Assembly (NCBI GenBank): GCA_041687695.1
Contig: JAWLBL010000001.1
Coordinates: forward strand, 432,190 to 496,189
Direction of reading: 5' to 3'
From: Myxococcota bacterium
GTDB taxonomy: Bacteria; Myxococcota_A; UBA9042; PHBI01; JAWLBL01
Length of the DNA stretch: 64,000 bases
Both the position numbers and the translations under genes were made by a program. The notes under the pieces were generated by a model. The model ran no database searches. It had not been told where the DNA came from and was given only the letters and a program-made list of their open reading frames with translations. Numbering within the stretch: position 1 is the first letter of the stretch; each line of letters starts with the position of its first letter. Shown here one piece after another: positions 1 to 10,642 of the stretch.

Positions 1-1335
1 GTCGTCGGCAGCGCCCCGCTGATGACCGCCGACGACGTCCTGCGCGCCGTCCGCCTCGCCGCCGAGCCCCACGAGACGCCCTCCCGGTTCGAGCGCAGCC
101 AGATCCTGCTGCGCGCCGCCGCCCGCCTCGAGGCCGAGGCCGAGGCCGTCGCCCGGCTCATCACCTGGGAGTCGGGCCTGTGCCTCAAGGACACGCGCCA
201 CGAGGTCGCCCGCACCCTGGACGTGCTGCGCTTCGCCGCCAGCGAGGCCCTGCGCGACGACGGCGAGTGCTACGCCTGCGACACCTCCGCCCACGGGCGC
301 GACCGCCGCGCCTACACGCTGCGGCAGCCGGTGCGCCTGGTCGCGGCCATCACCCCCTTCAACCACCCGCTCAACCAGGTGGCCCACAAGGTCGCGCCCG
401 CCATCGCCGCCTGCGCGCCCATGGTCCTCAAGCCTAGCGAGAAGACGCCCCTGGCCGGGATGTGGCTCGTCCATGCGCTCAACGAGGCCGGGCTGCCGCC
501 GAACATGCTCAGCGTCGTGACCGGGCGCCCCGAGGTGGTCTGCCCCATCCTCGTCGAGCACCCCGACGTCGAGGTGGTGGCCTTCACGGGCGGCGTGAAG
601 ATCGGCAAGCAGATCGCCCTGCAGGCCGGCTACAAGCGGACGGTGCTGGAGCTGGGCGGCAACGCGCCGCTCATCGTGATGGGCGACGCGGACCTCGACG
701 AGGCCGCTGCCCTGGCCGTCGGTGGCGCCTACAAGAACTCGGGCCAGCGCTGCACCGCCGTCAAGCGCCTGCTGGTCCACCACGACCTCGCCGACGCGTT
801 CGTGGACCGCTTCACGGCGGCCTCCGAGGCCCTGAAGGTCGGCGACCCCTTCGACGAGGACACCGATCTCGGCACCGTCATCGACGAGCCGGCCGCCATC
901 CGCTTGGAGGAGCAGGCCGAGCGCATCCTGGCCGAGGGCGCCAAGCTGCGCTACGGGCTGCGCCGCAAGGGCGCGCAGCTGTGGCCGACCGTGATGGACC
1001 ACGTGCCGCAGGACAGCGAGGCCATCCGCGAAGAGGCCTTCGGCCCCCTGGCCCCCATCCAGCGCTTCGGCTCGGTGGACGAGGCCATCGCCCTGGCCAA
1101 CGGCACGCCCTATGGCCTGGCGGCCGGCGTGTGCACCAACGACGCCAAGGCCATGCTGCGCTTCGTCCGCGAGCTGCGCCACGGCACGGTGAACATCCGC
1201 GAGGTGCCGGGCTTCCGCACCGAGGCCACGCCCTTCGGCGGCATCAAGGACAGCGGCCTGGGCGTCAAGGAGGGCGTGGTCTACGCCATCAAGGCGATGA
1301 GCAACCTGAAGCTCTACACGCTGCCCTGGCGCTGA
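1..1335 (+). CDS. phnY: NAD-dependent aldehyde dehydrogenase, probably phosphonoacetaldehyde dehydrogenase (5' end outside window)
   Basis: ALDH motifs ITPFNHPLN, KPSEKTP, FTGG, LELGGNAP, catalytic GQRCTA, EEAFGP, PFGGIKDSG. The segment DDGECYACDTSAHGRDRRAYTLRQP resembles PhnY. Frame is open from base 1. Confidence 0.72.
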   Translation, partial: VVGSAPLMTADDVLRAVRLAAEPHETPSRFERSQILLRAAARLEAEAEAVARLITWESGLCLKDTRHEVARTLDVLRFAASEALRDDGECYACDTSAHGRDRRAYTLRQPVRLVAAITPFNHPLNQVAHKVAPAIAACAPMVLKPSEKTPLAGMWLVHALNEAGLPPNMLSVVTGRPEVVCPILVEHPDVEVVAFTGGVKIGKQIALQAGYKRTVLELGGNAPLIVMGDADLDEAAALAVGGAYKNSGQRCTAVKRLLVHHDLADAFVDRFTAASEALKVGDPFDEDTDLGTVIDEPAAIRLEEQAERILAEGAKLRYGLRRKGAQLWPTVMDHVPQDSEAIREEAFGPLAPIQRFGSVDEAIALANGTPYGLAAGVCTNDAKAMLRFVRELRHGTVNIREVPGFRTEATPFGGIKDSGLGVKEGVVYAIKAMSNLKLYTLPWR

Positions 1336-1354
1336 GACCGAGGGCGCGCGCCCC

Positions 1355-1891
1355 TCAGTCGATGAGGGTCGAGATCTGGCAGCTGCGGCCGCCGATGGTG
1401 TTGTTCTCCCACTTGGTGAAGCCGCCGGTGCCGCAGATGTCGTACTGGTCGCTGAGATCCCCGCAGTCGTCCGCGCTGAAGCAGCGGCGCTGGCAGATGT
1501 TGGGGTACTTCAGGTCGTGCTTCTTCTGCAGCGCGCCGGTCATGTTCAGGCACAGGTGCGTGTCGCCGCCGTCGGGCGGGTTGCAGCCGCCGTCGCAGGG
1601 CCGCGTGCAGAAGCGGAACGGGGCCATGTAGGCCTCGTCGTAGCAGTAGCCGGTGTCGCACTCGCAGTGCGAGGCGCACTCGGCGCCGATGACCTTGTCC
1701 CCCAGCGTCTCGCAGGTCTCGACGTCCTCGGTGGCGTCGGCGCCGCCGTCCGTCCCGGTGGTGGTGTCGGTCTTGGCCGTGTCCGCGCCGATGGCGGTGT
1801 CGGTGTCGGACTTGGATTGGCCCTCGAGCGAGCAAGCCGAGAGCGTGCAGGCGATGGAAGCGACGAGGGCGAGGCTTGCGAGACGGGTCAT
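1355..1891 (-). CDS. Cys-rich lipoprotein
   Basis: Signal peptide with lipobox LSAC, Thr/Asp linker, Cys-rich C-terminal half; host-like codon usage. Confidence 0.7.
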   Translation of the reverse strand: MTRLASLALVASIACTLSACSLEGQSKSDTDTAIGADTAKTDTTTGTDGGADATEDVETCETLGDKVIGAECASHCECDTGYCYDEAYMAPFRFCTRPCDGGCNPPDGGDTHLCLNMTGALQKKHDLKYPNICQRRCFSADDCGDLSDQYDICGTGGFTKWENNTIGGRSCQISTLID

Positions 1892-1974
1892 GCGGGCTCC
1901 TTTCGCGGCGCACCGGGCAGTATGCCCGCCCGGTCGGGCCGCGCCAAGGCCGACCTGCGCTTATCGAAGCGCTC

Positions 1975-3861
1975 TCAGGCGCGCGCCGTGGCCTCGAAGG
2001 CCGCCAGATCCCCGTAGGGCGGCAACCCCCAGGTGGCCCAGTGCGCGGGCGTCGGGGACATCGGCGCGCGGGCGCGCTGGGCGATGTGCGCGGCCAGGCG
2101 GCGCCACGCCTCGTCGGCCGACAGCTCGGGATCGCCCATCAGGCGGGCGGCGCGCAGCTGCAGCGTGTCCACGCGCAGCCGCCGCGCCGGGTCGCCGTCG
2201 GCGGCGCGCAGCGCGATCTCGAACAGCTCGACGCGCCGGGCGCCCTCGCCGACGGCGCCGCAGGTCACGCGGCTCACCCGCTCGAACGGCACCGTGCGCG
2301 CGGCCCCCAGGGCGATCCGCACCACCATCGCCTCACCGCGCAGCGCGACCAGCAGCGCCGGCTCGGGTTCGCCGGGGGGCGCGGCGGTCTCGGTGGGCAC
2401 ATCGGGCGCCGCCGGCGCGTCCGAGGGCGCGGCGGCGGGGCCTCGCACGGCGGGTCCCGACGGCGCGGCGGCGGTCACGGTGAGGCCGGGGTCCGTGGCA
2501 GGCGCCGGCTGCGGCTTGGAGGGCGGGGCCAGCTCGGCCCCGGCGGCCGCCAGGTCGACCCGCGAGGGGACCTTGACCAGCCGCAGCCCGATGCCGCTGG
2601 ACTGCTTGAGGATGCGCTGGCCCTTGGAGCGGGCGATGGCCTCGTGATCCCGCGGGCGGTGTCGCTGGGCGATGGCCATCCAGCGGACGCGCTCGGTCTC
2701 GTCCCAGGTGATGTTGGCCAGGCGCTCGGCGGCGCGGGCGCCGACGGGATCGGGCGGCGGCAGCTCCGTCAGCTCGACCAGGAAGTCGCGCGCGGCGTCA
2801 CGGTGACCTTCGAGCAGCGCCTCGGCCAACGCCAGGCGGAGCGCGGGCGGGCCCCGATCGCCGGTCGCGTCCACCACCCGCTGCCAGCGGTCGAGGGCGG
2901 CCATGGCCTTTCCCTCGGCGGCGAAGCGCTCGGCGGCCGCATGCAGCACGTCCGCGCCGTCGGCGGGGTAGCCGTCGGCGACGTAGCCCTGCCAGAGGGC
3001 GTCGGCGAGGCGCGGGTCGGCGTCAGGCGCCCGCCAGGCGGCGCGGAGCAGCTGGCGGGCCTCGGAGCGGCGACCCGCGGCGACGTGGGCGCGGGCCTGC
3101 ACCAGGGGCAGCGGCTCGTCCGGCGTGGCGGTCGGCAACCAGGCGAGGACGGGCGCGGAGGGCGCGGAGGGCGCCTGGTCGGCTTCGGCCTCGGGTTCGG
3201 CGTCGGCGGGCGCGTCACCGGTCGCGACCCGCAGCCCGGCGCCGACGGCGGCGCCGAGGCCCAGCACGACGCCCTGGACGGCTACGACGAGGCTAGAGGC
3301 GCCCGCGCCGACGAGGCCCAGGACGACCGCGACCAGGGCGGCCGCCAGCGCGACCAGCGGCGCGGCCACGGGGACCCCGCCGCGCGTGGACGGCACGAAC
3401 GCCAACAGCCGAACGTCGTCGCGCCAGAACAGCCCCAGGGTCGCGCCACACAGGCCGGCGACCGCGCTCGACGGGCCGACCAGCGGCGGCGCCCCCTCGG
3501 CCGCGACCAGCGCGTACAGCGCCGCGGACCCGAGGCCCAGGCCGACGTAGACGCCCGCCAGCGGCCAGGCCCCGAGGCGCTCCTCGACGGCCGGGCCGAC
3601 CAGCGCCAGGGCCAGCAGGCATCCGACCAGCTGCAGGACGCCGCCCGGCGCCAGCAGCAGCCCCATGAGGCCAGCCGCCGAGGGCGCCCCGGGCGCGAAG
3701 CCCAGCGCCCCCTCGCCGACGGCCGCGACGACGAAGCCGGCCACCAGGGTGACGCCGATGGCCAAGCTGGCCCACGGCCGATCCGGCCCGTCCTCGCGCG
3801 CTGCCCTGCCCATCCGCGTGCCCCCGCCCCCGCTCGCCTGCCCCAGCACCCGGCCCAGCAT
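1975..3861 (-). CDS. Rhomboid-family membrane domain (degenerate) fused to a TPR-like cytoplasmic region; start uncertain
   Basis: TM helices with GPAVEERLG and LVGPSSAVAG rhomboid-like motifs, then helical repeats and a Pro/Ala linker. Confidence 0.6.
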   Translation of the reverse strand: MLGRVLGQASGGGGTRMGRAAREDGPDRPWASLAIGVTLVAGFVVAAVGEGALGFAPGAPSAAGLMGLLLAPGGVLQLVGCLLALALVGPAVEERLGAWPLAGVYVGLGLGSAALYALVAAEGAPPLVGPSSAVAGLCGATLGLFWRDDVRLLAFVPSTRGGVPVAAPLVALAAALVAVVLGLVGAGASSLVVAVQGVVLGLGAAVGAGLRVATGDAPADAEPEAEADQAPSAPSAPVLAWLPTATPDEPLPLVQARAHVAAGRRSEARQLLRAAWRAPDADPRLADALWQGYVADGYPADGADVLHAAAERFAAEGKAMAALDRWQRVVDATGDRGPPALRLALAEALLEGHRDAARDFLVELTELPPPDPVGARAAERLANITWDETERVRWMAIAQRHRPRDHEAIARSKGQRILKQSSGIGLRLVKVPSRVDLAAAGAELAPPSKPQPAPATDPGLTVTAAAPSGPAVRGPAAAPSDAPAAPDVPTETAAPPGEPEPALLVALRGEAMVVRIALGAARTVPFERVSRVTCGAVGEGARRVELFEIALRAADGDPARRLRVDTLQLRAARLMGDPELSADEAWRRLAAHIAQRARAPMSPTPAHWATWGLPPYGDLAAFEATARA

Positions 3862-4105
3862 GCACCCGCGGGGCTCCCGTGCCAAGCGCGCCCCGGGCGC
3901 GGGGCAGGGGGGTCGAGTTCCAGTTCGGGCCACCTGACTGCACGAGCTCGCTCGTGCTCCGGCATGGCGCAGCTCGCTGCGCCCGCAAGGCTACAGTCCC
4001 ATCCCTCCGCGCGCAGCTAGCTGCGCGGGCCCTAGAGCCTGAGCAAGCTCGGGCCGTCAAACGCGCCCGTAGCTAGAACTCGATAGCCCTGGGGCGCGGG
4101 ACCGG

Positions 4106-7048
4106 CTACTCGAGCAGCGCCAGCAGCTCGTCGCGCGTGATGGCGGCGGCGCGATCGGCGCCCGCCAGGGCCGCGTCGGCCAGCGCGCGCTTGTGCTCCT
4201 GCAGGGCCAGGATGCGCTCCTCGACCGTGTCCTCGGCCACCAGCCGGTGCACGAACACCGGCCGGTCCTGGCCGATGCGGTGGGCGCGGTCGGCGGCCTG
4301 GTCCTCGACGGCCGGGTTCCACCACGGATCGACGAGGAACACGTGGTCGGCGGCCGTCAGGTTCAGGCCCGTGCCGCCCGCCTTCAGCGACAGCAGCATC
4401 ACCGGGCAGTCCGGATCGTCCTGGAAGCGCTGGACCGCCCCCTCGCGATCGCGCGTCGCGCCGTCCAGACGGCTGAAGGCCAGCCCGGCCGCCTTCAGGT
4501 GCGGCTCGACCAGATCGAGCAGGCTGGTCCACTGCGAGAAGACCAGCGCCTTGTGGCCCTCGCTGGCCGCCTCCTCGATGGACTCCATCAGCAGGTCGAC
4601 CTTGGACGACCGCTCGGCCGACTGGCCGGGCACCAGCGCCGAGTGACACGCCGCCTGCCGCAGCCGCAGCAGGGCCTCGAGCGCCGCCAGCACGCTCCCG
4701 CCGCCGCGCAGCCGCTCGACCACCTCGCGCCGCGTCGCCTGCCGGATGGCGTCGTAGACCACCCGCTCGCCCTCGTCGAGCTGGCAGCGCAGCACCACGT
4801 CCGTCCGCGGCGGCAGCTCGGGCGCCACGTCGCGCTTGACGCGCCGCAACATGAACGGCCGGATCCGCTCGCGCAGCCGCGCCGCCGCGCCCGCCTTCCC
4901 CTCGGCGATGGGCTGCACGTGGCGCTCCACGAAGTCCGCGCGGCCGCCCAGCAGCCCGCGGTTCGTGAAGTGCATCTGGCTCCACAGCTCGTCGAGCCGG
5001 TTCTCGACCGGCGTGCCGGTCATCGCCAGCCGGAAGTCGGCCTTCAGGCGGTAGGCCGCCTGCGCCACCTGGCTGTCGGGGTTCTTGATGGCCTGCGCCT
5101 CGTCCAGGATGACCGTGTCCCAGCGCTCGGCCGCCAACGGCTCGGCGTCGAGGCGCAGGATGGGGTAGGTCGTCAGCGTGAGGTCCGCGGCCGGATCCAG
5201 CGCGCGCTTGGGGCCGTGATAGACGGCCACCTTCAGCCCCGGCCTGAACTTGGCCGCCTCGGCCTTCCAGTTGTGCAGCACGCTGGTCGGCGCCACCACC
5301 AACGTCCGCCCGCGCACGCTGGTCAGCGCCTGCAGCGTCTTGCCCAGGCCCATGTCGTCGGCCAGCAGCGCCCCGCAGCCCAGGCCCCGCACGAAGGCCA
5401 GCCAGTCGACGCCCTGGCGCTGGTAGTGGCGCAGCTGCGCGTTCAGATCCGCCGGCAGCGCGGCCGGCGCGATGCCGCTGAAGTCGTCGAGCGCCGCCGT
5501 CAGCCGCTCGAGCCGCGGCGGCGGCGCCTCGCCCATGGCCCGGGCCAGCTTGGCCACGTCCGGCAGCGCCGCGGTCGGCACCTTCCCGACCTCGTCCTTG
5601 GCCGCCAGCAGATCCGCGACCCGCTCGCCGTGCTCGCGCAGCCACGCGGTCGGCAGCGGCGCCCACGCCCCGTCGTTCAGCGGGATGAGGCTGGCCCCGG
5701 CGCGGAACGCGCGCAGCACCGCCTTGGCGTCGGCCTTGCCGGCCGGCGACTCGAAGGCGACCTCGACCTCGAGGCCGTCCTCGTCGCCACCGAAGCTGAC
5801 CCGCGGCTCGAGCGGCGCCGCCACGTAGATCTGCTCGTGGGCCCGGCCGCGCACCTCGCCGGCTGCCCCGGCGTCCCCCGCTTCCCAGGTCCGGAGCCGC
5901 GCCGCCATGGCCAGCGCGTCCTCGCCGCCCACCTCCACGCGCCGCCCGGGCACGAGCCCCAGCACGTCCTGCAGCCGGCGCGTCAGGCGCTGCTCCGCCC
6001 GCTCGTCGCGCAGCGGCACCTTGTCACCCAGCAGCACCAGCTGCCCGCGGTCGACGCGCGCCTGCGGCGGGTCGCCATAGACCAGCGTCGCCAGCACCTC
6101 GAGCCCGACCTCGCTGCGCTCGACCTCGACCACCACCCGCGGCGGCTCGGCCTCGGCGTCGGGGAGCCGGCGCGTCCGCACGTCGACCGGCAGGCGCTTG
6201 CGCAGCGCCGGCAGCACGTCGGCGACCAGCGCGGCCACCTGATCGGCCGGGAACACCCGCCCGCCCTCGCGCATCAGCTCGTGCCGCTCGCGCTCGGTCA
6301 GGTTCGACTCGCCGATGGGGCGCAGCTCGTCCCCGCAGCGCGCCGCGCCGTTGCCGAACATCTCTTCGATGGCCGGGTCGCGGTCGATGCGGACCCGGAA
6401 GCCCCCGGCGGCGTCCTCGACGATGACGTGCGGCACCACCGGCCGGAGGGAGGCACGAATCGGCTGGCCGTCCAGCTGCACGTCCCGGGCGTGCACGAGC
6501 GCCTTGAGCACCTCGGCCATGCGCGCCCGCTGGATCGGCCCGCCCGGCCGCTCGCCCAGGGCGCGCTCGATGCTCAGATCGGCCTGCGAGGTCACCAGGT
6601 GAGGCACCTGCGCGCGTCCGGTCGCGACGGCCTGCAGCTGGACCTTCAGCGGCTCGAGCTTTCCGTCGCGGGCGACGAAGCGCTCGAGCAGCAGCCCCCG
6701 GTCACCGCGCCGCAGGCGATAGGCCACGGTCCCGACGGGCACCTTGGGCCGCGGCGCCAGCTCGCCGCTGTCGCCGGCGCGCTTGAGCGTGATGACCGCG
6801 GCGGCGACGTGCGGGCAGGCGTCGTCCTGGCTGGGGCACTCGCACGACCAGTCCGGGTCGTCGGGCCACAGCGTCACGAGCAGGCTCGCGACGGCGCCGC
6901 GCATCTGCACGCGGTAGCGGATCTCGGAGGCGTCCGCGTGCTCGACGAGCATCGTGGCCTGCCGCGCGATCTCGACGCCCCGCGACCACACGGGCGGGTC
7001 GCACGCCTCGCGGACGGCCTCGAACAGCTCGCTCACCGCATCCGACAC
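4106..7048 (-). CDS. SWIM zinc-finger SNF2-family helicase/ATPase
   Basis: CECP...CPHVAA SWIM motif; [54 protein letters not shown]. Confidence 0.95.
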   Translation of the reverse strand: MSDAVSELFEAVREACDPPVWSRGVEIARQATMLVEHADASEIRYRVQMRGAVASLLVTLWPDDPDWSCECPSQDDACPHVAAAVITLKRAGDSGELAPRPKVPVGTVAYRLRRGDRGLLLERFVARDGKLEPLKVQLQAVATGRAQVPHLVTSQADLSIERALGERPGGPIQRARMAEVLKALVHARDVQLDGQPIRASLRPVVPHVIVEDAAGGFRVRIDRDPAIEEMFGNGAARCGDELRPIGESNLTERERHELMREGGRVFPADQVAALVADVLPALRKRLPVDVRTRRLPDAEAEPPRVVVEVERSEVGLEVLATLVYGDPPQARVDRGQLVLLGDKVPLRDERAEQRLTRRLQDVLGLVPGRRVEVGGEDALAMAARLRTWEAGDAGAAGEVRGRAHEQIYVAAPLEPRVSFGGDEDGLEVEVAFESPAGKADAKAVLRAFRAGASLIPLNDGAWAPLPTAWLREHGERVADLLAAKDEVGKVPTAALPDVAKLARAMGEAPPPRLERLTAALDDFSGIAPAALPADLNAQLRHYQRQGVDWLAFVRGLGCGALLADDMGLGKTLQALTSVRGRTLVVAPTSVLHNWKAEAAKFRPGLKVAVYHGPKRALDPAADLTLTTYPILRLDAEPLAAERWDTVILDEAQAIKNPDSQVAQAAYRLKADFRLAMTGTPVENRLDELWSQMHFTNRGLLGGRADFVERHVQPIAEGKAGAAARLRERIRPFMLRRVKRDVAPELPPRTDVVLRCQLDEGERVVYDAIRQATRREVVERLRGGGSVLAALEALLRLRQAACHSALVPGQSAERSSKVDLLMESIEEAASEGHKALVFSQWTSLLDLVEPHLKAAGLAFSRLDGATRDREGAVQRFQDDPDCPVMLLSLKAGGTGLNLTAADHVFLVDPWWNPAVEDQAADRAHRIGQDRPVFVHRLVAEDTVEERILALQEHKRALADAALAGADRAAAITRDELLALLE

Positions 7049-7064
7049 GCGCGCGCTCGCCTCG

Positions 7065-7286
7065 CTACTTCGAGCGGTAGGTGATGCGGCCGCGCGTCAG
7101 GTCGTACGGCGACAGCTCGACGGTGACCTTGTCGCCCGGGAGGATGCGGATGAAGAACTTGCGCATCTTGCCCGAGACGTGGGCGAGGACGTTGTGGCCG
7201 TTCTCGAGCTCGACCTTGAACATCGCGTTCTTGAGGGACTCGACCACGGTCCCCTCGACCTGAATCCCTTCTTCCTTGTTCGACAT
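7065..7286 (-). CDS. infA: Translation initiation factor IF-1
   Basis: [76 protein letters not shown] at 7286 preceded by GGAG. Confidence 0.98.
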   Translation of the reverse strand: MSNKEEGIQVEGTVVESLKNAMFKVELENGHNVLAHVSGKMRKFFIRILPGDKVTVELSPYDLTRGRITYRSK

Positions 7287-7653
7287 GTTCGCTCCGGGTG
7301 ATTGCCCCAGTGATGACCACCAGGCGGATGGCGGGGGCCGGGCCGCGGTGTGCGGCGTCGGTCGGGGCCGGGCCGTGATCGCGATCACGGCGAGCGCGGC
7401 CTCGATCGAGGTCCCCTGCCCTATGGGGACCCGGGCGCCGTGGGACGCGCCACGCAGGACGTGTGCACCGCAAAGGCGACCGATTCGCCTGTTATTCCGT
7501 TGAACTACCGCTCCGTGCGGGGGGCGGGACGCCGCGGCGCTGGTCGGCTGGGCGCCTGTTCGCACTTGGATCGGCAGCGCCCACTCCACAGGAGCGGGCG
7601 GCTCCAGTCAAGCATTCGTCGCCGCCAGGGCCGCGGCGCGCGCCCTGCGACGG

Positions 7654-9051
7654 TCAGCAGGGGCAGTCGAAGTCCGGGGGCGTGCGATCCTCGACGACCC
7701 GGTAGACGCCGTCGACCCGGCTCATCAGCACCGACCCGCTCATCAGCTCGACGTCCCCGTCGCCGTCGACGTCCGCGGCCGCGACGGGCTCGAACAGCGC
7801 GCCGGGCGCCTTGACGTCCGTCTGCAGGACCAGCTTCACGGCGCCGCGCTCGCGCCGCACCTCCCAGACCGCCCAGAACTCGCCGTAGAAGTCGCCGCAG
7901 CCGTGGCCCGCCCGCGCCGAGACCGCGACCAGGCTGGCCTCGTCCTTGGCCCCGAAGGCGACGACCCGCGGCGCCGCCCCGTCGAAGGCGTCCCAGGCCC
8001 CGGTGTGCCCGTTGCCCTTGAAGTCCTTCTGGATCGCCTTGTAGCCGGGCAGCTTGCGGAAGGCGGCCAGCGCCTGACGCTGCACGGCCGCGTCCGGCGT
8101 CATCCGGGACGGCGGCGTGGCCCGCCCCTCGGCCCTCGCCCAGACGCCCTTGCACCCGTCCAGCGCCCCCACGACGACGGTGGCCCCGTTGCCGAAGCCC
8201 TGCCGCGCGATCTCGGCCGGGCTCGCCGGCGGCTCCCCCTCGAAGTCGCCCTGCCCCAGCCACTGGTTCGACTGCCCGAAGTGCGGCTCGAAGCGCGACA
8301 GCAGCCACAGCCCCGTGACCCGCGCTCGGCACGGCCCGCCCACCCCGTCGAAGACCGTCACCTCGCGCCCCTGCCAGCCCACCAGCGCCTCGGTGAGCTT
8401 GCTGGTGTCGACCCTGGCCCGCGCCGCGAACGCATGCGCGCTGCCCAGCAGCTCGGGCTCACCGACCGCCCAGTCGGCCTCGCCGTCGGCCAGGATGACG
8501 TACGAGCCGCCCCCCGCCTCGGCGACGAACGCGAACCGGTCGCGCGGCACCTGAGCCGCCGCCGTGGCAGCGCCCACCACCCGCGAGGCCAGCATCTCCT
8601 CGCGGGCGATCTTCAGCGCGCCGCCCTCGCGGACCAACACCAGCTGCTTGGGCCCGACGTCCTTGTAGCCGCCCGAGGCCCAGGTCTGCGTGAACCTCAG
8701 GACGGCGGTCGTCGCCAGCCCCTCCGTCTGCAGGCCGCTGGCCTCGACCGTCATGGCGCGCCGGAACATGTCGCCCCGGTCCTTCATCCAGCCGGCGCGG
8801 TCGAAGGCGGCCGTGGTCGCGCCCGAGCGCCGGACCCCGAAGAAGCGCGCGGCGTAGTGGGCCTGATAGGCCGCGAAGTCGCCGCGGTTCTGCGTGGCGA
8901 GCCAGCTCGCGAGGAACGTCCGGACCTCGGCCTCGTCGATGCGCGGCGGGGGCGGCTGCGCCGAGGCCACCTGGGGCACCGTGGCGACGACGGCGAGCGC
9001 GGCGAGCGCGGCGGTCAACAGCGAGAGGCGACGGGAGCGGGGGGCGAGCAT
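7654..9051 (-). CDS. Secreted protein with N-terminal NTF2/SnoaL-like domain
   Basis: Signal peptide; VRTFLASWLATQNRGDFAAYQAHYAARF and FTQTWASGGYKDVGPKQLVLVREGGALKIAREE are typical of NTF2-like domains. Confidence 0.65.
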   Translation of the reverse strand: MLAPRSRRLSLLTAALAALAVVATVPQVASAQPPPPRIDEAEVRTFLASWLATQNRGDFAAYQAHYAARFFGVRRSGATTAAFDRAGWMKDRGDMFRRAMTVEASGLQTEGLATTAVLRFTQTWASGGYKDVGPKQLVLVREGGALKIAREEMLASRVVGAATAAAQVPRDRFAFVAEAGGGSYVILADGEADWAVGEPELLGSAHAFAARARVDTSKLTEALVGWQGREVTVFDGVGGPCRARVTGLWLLSRFEPHFGQSNQWLGQGDFEGEPPASPAEIARQGFGNGATVVVGALDGCKGVWARAEGRATPPSRMTPDAAVQRQALAAFRKLPGYKAIQKDFKGNGHTGAWDAFDGAAPRVVAFGAKDEASLVAVSARAGHGCGDFYGEFWAVWEVRRERGAVKLVLQTDVKAPGALFEPVAAADVDGDGDVELMSGSVLMSRVDGVYRVVEDRTPPDFDCPC

Positions 9052-9187
9052 CGGGGACCTCGCGGGTGGGGCGGCGCCGCCAGGGAGGGGACGGCGCGCG
9101 GGTGAGTTTCGCGACAAGCTACCGCGACTCGGGCAAGGTCCGGAAGGGCGGCGGCCGCGGACGGTGCGGGCGCCCGGGAGGCCGACG

Positions 9188-9544
9188 ATGAGCGAGACGA
9201 GCCGCGACGCGGGCGGGACGGTCCTCTACGAGGTGACCTTGGACGTCGAGGCCGAGGTGGCCGGCGCCTTCGCAGAGTGGCTCGCCGGGCACATCGACGA
9301 GATGCTCGATCTGCCAGGCTTTCGCTCGGCGGCGTGGTGGCGCGAGGCCTCGCCCGACGCGCCGCCCGCGACCGATCCTGGCGCGACCCGCTGGGTGGTC
9401 CAGTACCGGCTGGCCGATCGCGCTGCGCTCGACGTCTACCTGCGCGATCACGCCCCTCGCATGCGCCAGGGCGGGATCGACCGCTTCGACGGCCGGTTCA
9501 CGGCCACGCGGCGGGTCCTCGAGCTGGTCGACGGCAAGCCCTGA
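9188..9544 (+). CDS. DUF4286-like dimeric alpha/beta-barrel protein
   Basis: LYEVTLDV...FAEWLAGHIDEMLDLPGF...VQYRL...YLRDHAPRMRQGGIDRF; GGAGG before ATG 9188. Confidence 0.75.
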   Translation: MSETSRDAGGTVLYEVTLDVEAEVAGAFAEWLAGHIDEMLDLPGFRSAAWWREASPDAPPATDPGATRWVVQYRLADRAALDVYLRDHAPRMRQGGIDRFDGRFTATRRVLELVDGKP

Positions 9545-9803
9545 GCGTCCGCGTGGCCCCTGACATCGAGCGGGATGTCGGATCACGTCGATCGCGATCT
9601 GTCAAGACCCCGGCCTCGGCGACGACCCGCGCGTCGCGACCGCACCGCGCGCGCGTCGCCGCCCGGGACCGAGCGCCCGCCCGGCCGCAGGGGCGGCGCC
9701 GATGTGCCCGCGACCATTCACCTTCCGGAATGCGATGACGCGTCGCCGGGGTTGGCCCGTTCCGCGCGCGACCAAGGCGCCGAGGCCAGGCCCGAAGTCC
9801 GTA

Positions 9804-9832
9804 TTGACAGCCGGATCGACCTGACCTACCAC
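9804..9832 (+). promoter_or_regulatory. Possible sigma70-type promoter
   Basis: TTGACA (9804-9809), 17-nt spacer, TACCAC; 50 nt upstream of ATG 9882. The -10 match is imperfect. Confidence 0.35.
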
Positions 9833-9881
9833 CGGCACAGCGGCGACCGACACTTTCCGCCGCACACCCTCGGAGAAACTC

Positions 9882-10526
9882 ATGAAGCTCATCACCCGTT
9901 GCGTCAAGTCCGCCTTCCTGGTGGCCGCCCTGACCGGGCTCCTCGGAGCCTCGGCCTGCCAGAAGAAGGAGGAGCCCAAGAAGGAAGAGGCCGCCGCGGC
10001 GACCGACAAGAAGGAAGGCGAGGCCGCCAAGGCCGAGGACGGCGCCGAGAAGAAGGCCGACGAGGCCGCCGGCGCGAACGCCTGCGAGAAGGTCCTCGAG
10101 AAGATGTGCGAGGCCGCCCCGACCATGTGCGACGAGCTCAAGAAGAAGGCCGCCGAGGCGCCCAAGCCGACCGAGGCCGAGCTGGCGGGCTGCGAGGAGC
10201 TGCTCAAGAACGAGGCCAAGCTCAACGAGATGACCGGGGCCATCAAGGCCGCGGCCGAGCTCAAGAAGGGCGCCGAGGCCGCCGCCGCCGCCGCCGCCGA
10301 GGGCGAGGCCAAGCCCGAGGGCGAGGCTCCCGCCGCCGCCGAGGGTGAGGCCAAGCCCGAGGGCGAGGCTCCCGCCGCCGCCGAGGGTGAGGCCAAGCCC
10401 GAGGGCGAGGCTCCCGCCGCCGCCGAGGGTGAGGCCAAGCCCGCCGAGGGTGAGGCCAAGCCCGAGGGCGAGGCTCCGGCCGCCGCCGAGGGCGAGGGCA
10501 AGGCCGAGGAGAAGGCCGCCGAGTAG
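9882..10526 (+). CDS. Lipoprotein with Glu/Ala/Lys/Pro-rich repeats
   Basis: Lipobox ASAC, small 4-Cys helical core, C-terminal AAAEGEAKPEGEAP repeats. Confidence 0.8.
   Translation: MKLITRCVKSAFLVAALTGLLGASACQKKEEPKKEEAAAATDKKEGEAAKAEDGAEKKADEAAGANACEKVLEKMCEAAPTMCDELKKKAAEAPKPTEAELAGCEELLKNEAKLNEMTGAIKAAAELKKGAEAAAAAAAEGEAKPEGEAPAAAEGEAKPEGEAPAAAEGEAKPEGEAPAAAEGEAKPAEGEAKPEGEAPAAAEGEGKAEEKAAE
10290..10503 (+). repeat. Coding 42-bp tandem repeat (AAAEGEAKPEGEAP)
   Basis: Near-identical copies of gccgccgccgagggtgaggccaagcccgagggcgaggctccc. Confidence 0.85.
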
Positions 10527-10642
10527 TCGGCGCCTGCCCTCGAGGCCGCCGGTCGTCGAGGGCGCCATCGGTTGATTCGTCACGCGAGGGCGGGCTACGG
10601 TCCGCCCTCGCGCGTTTCGAAAGCATCGCAGGGGAAAGCCGC

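Noticed and set aside
7287..7589. N-terminal extension of infA in the ORF track
   Set aside because: IF-1 homology begins at ATG 7286, which has its own RBS.
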